64,000 nucleotides of DNA from Squalus acanthias (Eukaryota): contig CM059432.1 of the NCBI GenBank assembly GCA_030390025.1, positions 90,088,001 through 90,152,000 of the forward strand. The letters run 5' to 3'. The translations under genes were made by a program, and so were the position numbers. Shown here one piece after another: positions 54,238 through 64,000 of this stretch. Within the stretch, counting starts at the first letter, position 1, and every line of letters begins with the position of its first letter. The notes under the pieces are model-generated. The model did not search any database, was not told the DNA's origin, and saw only the letters and a program-made list of their open reading frames with translations.

Positions 54238-54755
54238 TATGCTCAAGTCCACATCATCTATATATACTAAGAACAAAAGTGGATCCAGCACTGACCCTGG
54301 GGTACACGACTTCCAACCCTTCTCCAATCCATGTAACACTGTCTTTTAACCAACTTTCAATCCATGCTGCTCCATTTCCTCTTATATTATACACCTGAAT
54401 TTTTGTAAGAAACCTCTTGTGAGACACTTTTATCAAACGCCATCTGAAAATCCATGCTATATCTACTCCATTCCCTTTATCCATCCAGTCACTTCTTTAG
54501 AAAACGATTAAATTTCACAAGATCATTTAAGATAAGCAAGGCCATTCAGCTCACATTAGTTCATCCATCCAGTTCATACATTCCAATATCTAATTGTTTC
54601 TGAAATTATTCCATGTTGATTACTCCTTGTGTAAAGCAATACTCCCTGATATCAGTCTTAAAATTATCATCTACTAGTTTGAACCTGTGTCCCTTTGTCC
54701 CACTATTGTAATAAATAAAAAGGAAGTATTAGAGAAGTTATTAAGCTAAAAGACA

Positions 54756-55326
54756 CATAGAATCATAGATACGTTACAACACAGAAGGCGACCATTTGGC
54801 CCGTCGAGACCGTGCTGGCTCACTGCAAGAGCACTTCAGCTAGTCCCACTCCCCCGCCCTTTCCCCGTAGCCCTGCAAATTATTTTCCTTCAGGTACTTA
54901 TCCAACTCCCTTTTGAAAGCCACGATTGAGTCTGCCTCCACCATCCTTTCAGGCAGTGCATGCCAGATCCTAACCACTCGCTGCATAAAAAAGTTTTTCC
55001 TCATGTCGCCTTTGGTTCTTTTGCCAATCACCTTAAATCTGTGTCCTCTGGTTCTCGACCCTTCCGCCAATGGGAACAGTTTCTCTCTACTCTTTCTAGA
55101 CCTCTCATGATTTTGAATACCTCTAGCAAATCTCCTCTCAACTCTCTCTGCTGAGGAGAACAACCCCAGCTTCTCCAGTCTATCCACGTAACTGAAGTCC
55201 CTCACCCCTGGAATCATTCTCGTAAATCTTTTCTGCACCCTCTCTCAGGCCTTCACATCCTTCCTAAAGTGCGGTGCTCAGAATTGGACACAATACTCCA
55301 GTTGAGGCCGAACCAGTGTTTTATAA
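54756..55326 (-). mobile_element. Younger CR1 3' fragment inserted into an older + strand CR1 (~54710-54755 and ~55327-55930)
   Basis: QKRFTRMIPG...RTRGHRFK...WHALPE; tail catagaatcataga; flanks read as consecutive CR1 ORF2 remnants. Confidence 0.85.
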
Positions 55327-56299
55327 ACCATCCAAGGATACTGACAGAAACTGAGGAAGAAATAGTGAAGGTTCTATTGACAGTGGATCTATTCCAGAGG
55401 ACTGCAGAGTGCCAATTGTAATATTCATTTTTCAAAAAGGGAGACAGAGCTAACCCAGGTAATTACAGGTCAGCTAGTTTAACATCGCTGATGTTAGAAA
55501 ATAGGGAAATAGTAGGGAAAAGCTTACTACATATCTAGATGAAGAAAAAATAATTAGAATCAGAAAACCCAGATATCTGAAAAGAAGATTGCGTTTGAAA
55601 AAACTGATTGAGTTTTTTAAGGAGGTGACATAAATGGTGGATAGAGGAAATGCAGTGGATGTGGTGTACATGGACTTGCAGAATGCCTTGGAAGGTACCA
55701 CATTGGAGAAAATTAAGGGTATAGAATTAGGGGAGGGTAGCAAATTGGATTAAAAATTGGTTAGAAGAGAGGAAACAATAAGAGTTAAGGGCAGTTGTTG
55801 GAATTTGGTAGCAGGGTCCCACAAAGTTCTATTCTGGGACCACTTCTGTTCACTGTACATCAATGATTTGGATATAGGGTTAGAAGGAGTGGTGCCCACA
55901 TTGGAGATGATACTAAAATAGGAAGCAGAGTCAACGGAGGCAATTTTAACCCTGCCTGCCAGGTGGAAACTGGATAGGTGGGCAGCTAAAATCGGCTGAG
56001 TTACTTACCCACCCTGGAGTTGACAGGTTTCGATATTCACCTTCTCTCCTGAATAGCCGGAAAGGACACTTGCCCAAAGCCAGGGGGGTCCTTTTCGACA
56101 TACGCAAGTTGGGGCCTAGTGACATCATAAGGATCTAACTGCAATTTTAACTCGAGGGGCCTGAATGGGCAGCCCAGTGGAGAGTATCGGGGCCAGAAAA
56201 GACCCAAAAAGGAGATTTAAATGTATTTTTTTTTACTTCCCTTGTGGGCCCGGCATGAGCAGGAATGCTCCTCCAGGCTCACAAGAAAAGCTTAGATGT

Positions 56300-59110
56300 A
56301 CCTGGCCAACCCTTTATTCTGAGACTGTGACCCCTGATTCTAGACTCTCCAGCCAGGGAAAACATCCTCCCAGTAACTACCCTGTCAAGCCCCTTAAGAA
56401 TTTTATATGTTTCAATGAGATCACCTCTCAATCTTCTAAACTCTAGGGAATATAGGCCTAGTCTACTTAATCTCTCCTCATAGGACAATCCCCCCCCCCC
56501 CCCCCCCACCCCCAATCCCAGGAATCAGTCTAGTAAACCTTTGTTGCACTCCCTCTGGGGCAAGTATATCCTTCCTTAGGTAAGGAGACCAAAACTGCAC
56601 ACAATACTCCAGGTGTGGTCTCACCAAAGCCCTAGATAATTGTAGTAAAACTTATTGGGCTAGAAATTCCGCAGCAGCCCGGTTGGGGCGCTAACTTTTG
56701 AAAAGTAGAAAAAGTAGCGCCAGGCACTAATGATTCTCTCCTGCCAGGAAATTCAGCTTTAGCGCTCCAAGAGGGAAGTAGAGTGCTAAATCAAGCACTA
56801 ACCACTTCTCTTAGGGTGCTAAAGTCCGAGGCAGTAGCGGCAGAGCACTGAACAAGTTGGAGCGCATTGCTAATGGCATCAGAGGCTGCTTTCCTCGCTT
56901 AAAGGGAAGGACCAATGATGGCACACAACCTAGTTGTCGGCAGTTCTACGTTGCTAGGTGACCTGCGCAACTGCCATTACAGCCCCAAACACACTCACAA
57001 AGTGGAGGACTTAGACATCTTGCAGCAATGAAACATCAAAAACTTTGAGCAGGCACCAGACTAGAGCAAATAATAAAGGTTGGTCTACCTGAAAACTATT
57101 CGCTTTAATTAACGCTCCCCAAGCAGCCTGCCAAGTTGACAATGCCTCCTCTTCCTGTCGTCGTTCATGCCCGTCGATACAGCAGGGGGCGGGAGGCAAT
57201 TTCACATCTGGGGCGATAACGGGGCGCTGCGCACTTTATGACATCACGATCTGTGAGGCGCTAGAGGTCCAGGTGGTACCAGCACTGAAGTTCATGGCTG
57301 TCGCTACATTCACCGCGCCCAGTTGTTAACCACTTAGCGCCCCGTTAGCACCACCCCCCCCCCAGCCACTAACAGGAGGCGCTAACCAACCAAATTTCTC
57401 CCCCCTTTACTCTTATACTTCAGTCCCTTTGTAATAAAGGCTAACATAACATTTGATTTCCACATCCTTGCTGTACCTACATGTTAAAATTCTGTGATTT
57501 GTGTACAAGAATGCCCAGGTCCCTCTGAATACCAACAGTTTCTAGTAACTCACCTTTCAAAAAATATTCTGCTTTTCTATTTTTCCTGCCAAAGTAGATA
57601 ACTTCACATTTCTTCACATTATATTCCATCTGCCACATTCTTTCCCACTCAGTTAAACTGTCTATATCCCTTTGCAGTCTCTTTGCATCCTCCTCACGGC
57701 TTACTTTCCCACCTAGCTTTGTATCATCAGCAAACTTGGATACATTGCACTAGGTCCCTTCATCTAAGTCATTGATATAGATTGTAAATAGCTGAGGGCC
57801 AACTACTGATCCCTATGGTACCCCACTAGTTACAGCCGGCCAACCTGAAAATGACCCGTTTATTCCTACTCTCAGTTTTCTGTCCATTAACCAATCCTCA
57901 ATCCATGCTAATATATTACCCCCAATCCTATGAGCCCTAATTTTGTGTAATAACCTCTTGTGTGGCACCTTATCGGATGCTTTTTGAAAATCCAAATACA
58001 TTACGTCCACTGGTTCCCCCTTATCTATCCTGCTAGTTACAACCTCAAAAAACTCTCAACGGATTTGTCAAACATGATTTCCCTTTTATAAATGTGTGTT
58101 GACTCTGCCCAATCATATTATGATTTTCTAAGTGCCCTGTTACCATGTCCTTAATAATAGTTTCTAGCATTTGCCCTAATATTGATTTCAGGCTAACTGG
58201 CAAATATTTCCTTGTTTTCTCTCTTCTTTCTTGAATAGCAGAATTATGTTTGCTACCTTCCAATCCATGCAAACCATTCTAAAATCTAGGGAATTCTGGA
58301 AGATCAAAACCAATGCATCCACTATCTCTGCAGCCATCTCTTTTTAATCCCTAGGATGGAGGCCATCAGGTCCAGGAGATTTGTCGGCTTTTAGGCCGAT
58401 TAATTTCTCTAGTACTATTTCTGTACTAATACTAATTTCTTTAAGTTCCTCATTCTCACTGGACCCTTGGTTCCCCACTATTTGTGAAATATTTTTGTGT
58501 CTTCTATCATGAAGACAGATACAAAATATTTGTTTAATGTCTCTGCCATTTCCTTATTCCCTATTATAATTTATCCTGTCACTGCCTGTAAGGGACCCGC
58601 ATTTACTTTCGCTAATCTCTTCTTTTTTTACATACCTACAGAAGCTTTTACAATCTGTTTTGATGTCTCTTGCTAGTTTACTCTCATATTCTTTTTTCTC
58701 TCTATTTATCAATTTCTCAGTCATCTTTTGCTGAATTCTAAAATCCTCCCAATCCTCAAGCTTAGTACTCTTTTTTGTCACATTATAAGCCTCTGCCTTT
58801 AACCTAATATTATCTTTAACTTCTCCGGTAAGCCACAGTTGGACCACTTTTCCCCTGAGGTTTTTATTCCTTAAGGGAATGCATATTAATTGTGAATTAT
58901 GAATTATTTCTTTAATTGTTTGCCATTGCTTAACGACCATATTTTTAATTTAGTTTCCCAATCTACCTTAGCCAATTTGCCCCTCATACCTACATTGTTT
59001 GCTCTGTTCAGATTTAAGACCCTAGTTTCAGACTTAACAAAACTCACTCTCAAACTCAATATAAGATTTTATCATGTTATGATCACTCTTCCCCAGAGGC
59101 ATCTTTACTA
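56300..59110 (-). mobile_element. CR1 LINE ORF2 fragment, same family as 17320-19001, interrupted by a family A element
   Basis: YLDFQKASDKVPHKRLL, GLSYEERLSRLGLYSLEFRR, EYESKLARDIKTDCKSF. Confidence 0.9.
56657..57404. mobile_element. Non-autonomous Harbinger-like element, family A-related
   Basis: gggctagaaattc ... aaatttctccccc; flanks att/ctt; shared gcgctaac repeats. Confidence 0.8.
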
Positions 59111-59436
59111 CAAGGAGGAATTTCTGGGTCAGTAAATTTGATTCTGAAGTAACAATGGATGCTTACATGACACATGAGGTACAGTCACAGTTGCATTTCT
59201 GTCCCCTCAAGAATTGCTTCTGGTCCAAATCTGGGAACACGCGAAGAAATTCCCATCCTGTCTTGAACAGTTGCCGCAAAAGTTGTTGCAAGTGAAATAG
59301 CAACTGGAAGCATGCTAGTTGTAAGAAATTGATTTCAAAATAAGTCTTGAGATGCAAAAAATTAGACCTAAATGGCAATCAAAATAAATACAGAAATAAA
59401 ATTGCAGAAATGATAATATGGTGAACAAAACAAAAT

Positions 59437-60200
59437 GGGCTAGAAATTCGGTTCTTTTGTGCCTGCCTTTATTGCCTCCTGGGGGCGCTAACGGGGCGCA
59501 AAGGGCTTATCGCTCGGAAGGGGCAAAAAAAGTGCCTGCCGAGAAATTTGGCGGGACGTTGCTGAAGCACTACCCAATAGCACCGCGCAACAGTCAGTAG
59601 CGCCCTGGGCCGCTGCACCATCGGTGATGACATCATCACCATGTGCCGCAGCCCCTTACAGCCCTGCAACATAAATTCGACTGCGCCCTGCAAGGCTGAC
59701 GCGGGCGGTGCCAGCATCAGCCTCGCAGGTCGCGAGCCAGGCCGACCTCCGCTCACGGGGCAGTATTTAAATGGGCAGTGTGGCCGCGACCCGCGCCACC
59801 ATTTTCTTATTTTGGCTGACCTTCAGGTTGGCCCTCCATGGAGTGCCATGGCGTGGTCCTGGCCGCCATCGCGCAGCCCGGCTCGTGTCTCGGGGCCGGG
59901 CTGCAGCCGCGGCATCACGCCACCCTGGTGGCCTAGTGTGGGCCATCGGAGGCCCTGCAGAGTGCGCAGTAGCCCCTCCCCTTTAACTGAAGGGGAGGGG
60001 CATTGAAATGCGGCAGTGCTCCGCGGATGCTGCCGATCGCGCCCCGATATGGCCTCGGTTACCGCCCCACCGAGAAGTGGAGCGCCCAAGATTGTGCTCT
60101 ACTTCCTGTGCAGGGCGGTAAGCTGAATTTAGCGGCCGGGGTTGTACTTCTGCCTTAACTTGGCTACTGCCCAAACAGGGCGTAACTGAATTTCGCACCC
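59437..60200. mobile_element. Non-autonomous Harbinger-like element, family A (764 bp), TSD AAT
   Basis: aat|gggctagaaattc ... gaatttcgcaccc|aat. Confidence 0.87.
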
Positions 60201-60520
60201 AATAACTTCCAAACTAAAAAGTAAAAAGTGATTCTAACTCCTGCAGGCCAGACCATGTACATGCTGTTGGTCCAGTTTTAAATGGGTGAGCAGAGCTGCT
60301 CGTGGGAAAGCATTGAGATAGACACAAGTTGCAGTGTGGGACTCATGAAATATTTTTACCTGTAATGAGGCCTGCACAGGCTATCAGTGAAGCCTCAAAA
60401 TTGGCAGCACTTTTCTTCATTGGAAAATGTGACCCATTGTGAATCGTGCACACTGGACTGCTTGTCCAAATTTAAGTAAGGCTTAGAGAATCGACAATAA
60501 TATGGTATATTGGAAATATT

Positions 60521-61430
60521 GGGCCAGCATTTGTGGTGGGTATGATGGCATACTCTCAGAGCATGCCATCATACCGCCTTTGAAATGCACCGCAAGTTTG
60601 GGATTTCCTATTGCAAGTTACGACTTGACAGATCATCCGCTCTGCCTTGGAAATCCAAATTGCTGGTGCAGAGTTGGGCCAATTGCCCACCAACTGTCCA
60701 GCAATTACGTATGAAAATTTTATGGCTGATGCAAGCAGGCACAGGGCCTGTTTGCATCAGCGTAAGGGGATACCTCAAAAGATCCAAAGCTTGATTCAGC
60801 ATGTATTTAGCTTATTTAGCTCACATAAAAGTAAAATTTGTTTTGTCTACACATTTTATTGAAATCCTGATGTTGAAGCTTGGTGCTGTCATATCGCCAG
60901 TTCTTTTGTGTGGGGCAATCTGAATTCAACCAACACTAAATCCCAAATAAAGAACAAAATGTTAAACCTAACTATATATTTATATCCTATTTCCTGACAT
61001 TAAAGCATTTAAAGTCACCGTACAGTGCTGTTGTCATTGACCGTGCCCATTCTGTGAGTGGATTCACTGGTTCAGGTGCCAGTCTGTACCCTTCTTTCTC
61101 CTCTGTCGCCTTATTCTGTAACTTTATTCCACTGTGTACCAGTTATCATATCCCATTGAACAATTAACTGTAAAAGCCTGATGCTGGTTCCCACATAGCT
61201 GTCAAGAGGAAACTCGGCGCTTCCACTGATTGGAGCACCAGGCCCACATGTTCCCAGGTACGCTTCCGCACATGCTGCGCCCCTGGGATCTGTGGGCCAT
61301 TCACTGCCCTTGAGTATGCAGCATCAGAGAGCAAGTTCGCGAAGGAGGGTCCCCATCAGGTAAGTTCATATTCTATTCAGATGCCGGTGGCGTACTCCAT
61401 AGGTACGCCACCAACTGCAAAATCTGCCCC
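60521..61430. mobile_element. Older TIR element, family B-related, TSD ATT
   Basis: att|gggccagcatttg ... caaaatctgcccc|att; subterminal hairpins at both ends. Confidence 0.7.
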
Positions 61431-61484
61431 ATTACTTATTCAATTTTGTTATTGTTTACAAGTATAATCTGCACACTCTGAGTC

Positions 61485-62034
61485 TTTGGGCGCTTCCTGG
61501 TGAGGCGTTAACCGAGGCTATGTCAGAGCACGATCGGCAACGTTCCGCTGAAGCACCGCGGAGCGCTGCCGCGTTTCAACGCCCCTCCCCTTCAGTTAAA
61601 GGGAGGGCCGCTGCGCACTCTGCAGGGCCTCTGATGGCCCACACTAAGCCACCAGGGTGGCATGGTCCTGTGGCCGCAGCCCGGCGCCAAGACCTGGAGG
61701 TCGGCCAAAGAAAGAAAATGGCGGCGTGGTTCGTGGCCGCACCTCCCCTTTAAATACTGCCTCGGCTTGCGACCTGCGAGGCTGGCGCTGACACCGCCCG
61801 CGGCAGCCTCACAGGGTGCAACCGAATTTCTGCCACATGGCATTAAGGGGTCGCAGTGCATGGCAGCATGGCTACTGCCAGGGGCACAGCGCTATCGGGT
61901 AGTGCCTCAGCAACGCCCCGCCGAATGTCTCGGGAGGCATGTTTTTCACCGCACCCCGGGCAATAGGCCTTTGTGCCCCGTTAGCACCCCTGGAGGCGCT
62001 AATGGCAGGCGCAAAGAAGCTGAATTTCTTGCCC
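61485..62034. mobile_element. Truncated family A element, inverted relative to 59437-60200
   Basis: Reverse-complement similarity to 59437-60090; ends gaatttcttgccc. Confidence 0.85.
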
Positions 62035-63425
62035 TGAAGGTTTAATGCAAATGCGCTGTTTTGTGTAATATCCCATTTAGCCCAGTAGATTTTAGACACA
62101 ACCAAGATGAAGAATGTATTTGAATAGTTTTGATTACATAAGTACAGTTACAGATTGATCTCTGAAACTAAGTTTATTCCTGAAATGCCACTCTACAAAA
62201 ATAAGAGAATATTCAAAGGACAAGTATTCCAAATGTATATACACACAATAGACTTGCACTGCCTCCAGTTGCACTGGAATTAATCCACTAAGGAATATAG
62301 TGCACTATTAAATGCATCCTTTTCCCCAGTTTACCTAATTAAGGTTGCCTAATTTGTTTCTAATATACGGTGTAAACAGAATATATAATGACTACCCATG
62401 GAATATGACTTACATCCCACTCATTGTCCTGATCATGACTGCTCTTGAGTTGTTTGGTCATATCTCATGGGTGTTCATAATGGTCCTCTACATATGGTAC
62501 TTTGGGTGATGATGCTATTGCAGTTGTTTGGTAAGAAATTTACATAGAATTCATGTTATGTTTGGTTAATGAATTTATGCCTCAACTAGTCTAGTATTTT
62601 TCTTTGAATAAGAGCATTATTGTTTAATGTCTTTCTTGTGTCAATTTTTATGAGGGCATATTTTTCAGCCTGCATACTTAGTCCTCCTGGCATGGAACAT
62701 GCAAGTGGGGGCCAAAAGATCAGACAAGAAATCACTTTCATGAAATCCCAGCCCAATTCACATCATGAACAATCTTCTGCCTTCAAATATAATAGGCTTA
62801 AAAGGAAGCTATATGTGCAATGGAATTCATAAAGAGGAAGATGCTCTTCTTTATAGAAATGTTACTTTTCATTTTCCAGTACCTTTTTCATGCTATCATA
62901 TTTTTACATTGTTTCCAGTTTTAAAAAAAGTTAATGTATTTTTAGACTTTTTTATAGCATGTAGGGAATGTTTATGTTGAAACAAAACATATCAAATATT
63001 GTCAGCAAATCACTAGAAAGTTGATTGAAATTGAATCATGCCACAGCAGGAAGAGCTTAAATATGGAGGAATCAAATCAAGGAGCTCGTACAATACCAAC
63101 TTCCAGGGCAGCTCTACAAGTGACACAGCATCTAAATGCAAGCTGTAACGCCCTGTGGCATGACCAAGTCAAGATAAAATTAAAGATGGGGTTTGGTTTT
63201 AAAGCACCCCAGATATAGTATTTCATATTTGAAGTAGTACAAGATTTTAAAAAAAGGGGATCAGCAGATACCAGAGCCAGACTGCCTACATCTGCCATTA
63301 TGCCAGGCCCTGGCACACCTCCCTGATAATGACCAGGGGTCAGCAGAGCTGTACTATCCACTGCAAGGATACTTGCAATAGGGGCAGCACTGCCACTGGC
63401 AATAAAGCTCACCACTACCCACTAA

Positions 63426-63527
63426 CAGAGTTCTGACGAAAGGTCATCGATCTGAAACTTTAGCTCTGTTTCTCTCTCTGCAGATGCTGCCTGACCTGCT
63501 GAGTATTTCCAGCATTTTCTGTTTTTA
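63426..63527 (+). mobile_element. Penelope-like terminal repeat with minimal hammerhead ribozyme motif
   Basis: CAGAGU-u-CUGACGA-a-AGGUC-auc-GAUCU-GAAAC-UUUA-GCUCUG. Confidence 0.78.
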
Positions 63528-64000
63528 CACAATTGATTGGATGCTCAATCACTGTCAAAGAAGACAAACAGCAATCAAAATACGTGTAGGTTCTTAGACT
63601 TAACACCAATTTCTTGGTTTGCAAATAATCTTTATTGAGTTCAACCTAGTCTTGACACACTCAATTTCTTAAGCAACAGTCATACAGAGAAATAAACGAT
63701 ATTACCCACTTTCTCTCTTGGTAGAGACGTAACAATCGTCGATTCTTTCGTTCTTGTCTCTCTCTACGAATTGTAAAGGAAAGCTTACAATCTTTATAGA
63801 GCTCTGGTCAGTACACCCATCCTTTGTAATCTTTATGATTCATTATGGCGTGATAAGAGTTGTTTTTCAGTTTAGTTGTTTTTCAGTTTTCCTAACTAAT
63901 CTGTTGATTATTGTTTTGTTTCTTTGTGATAAAGGCTACCCTCTATCTGAAAGACCTTTGACCCCTGATTCATCATTGCTTGTTAACAAAAAAACTCTCA

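Overview
Eukaryotic (vertebrate) DNA, most likely a cartilaginous fish. This is inferred from the repeat content: CR1 and L2 LINEs, Deu-domain SINEs, Penelope-type terminal repeats and PIF/Harbinger elements. The window holds the 3' half of ZFHX4 on the + strand: six coding exons (4675-4794, 14042-14175, 14783-14983, 26209-26329, 29298-34724, 41302-42785) with consistent GT-AG phases, and a ~2.6 kb 3' UTR. Introns and downstream DNA carry a near-complete but decayed two-gene PIF/Harbinger transposon (9956-13891; DDE transposase plus a spliced Myb/SANT gene) and a graded series of non-autonomous Harbinger-like elements with 3-bp TSDs. They also carry nested LINE/SINE insertions, two Penelope-type minimal hammerhead ribozyme motifs and a 3.5 kb G-rich minisatellite inside a transposon. 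I see no clear evidence of a wholly new biological system. The most notable items are variations on known element classes, and family assignments come from recalled motifs, not database searches.
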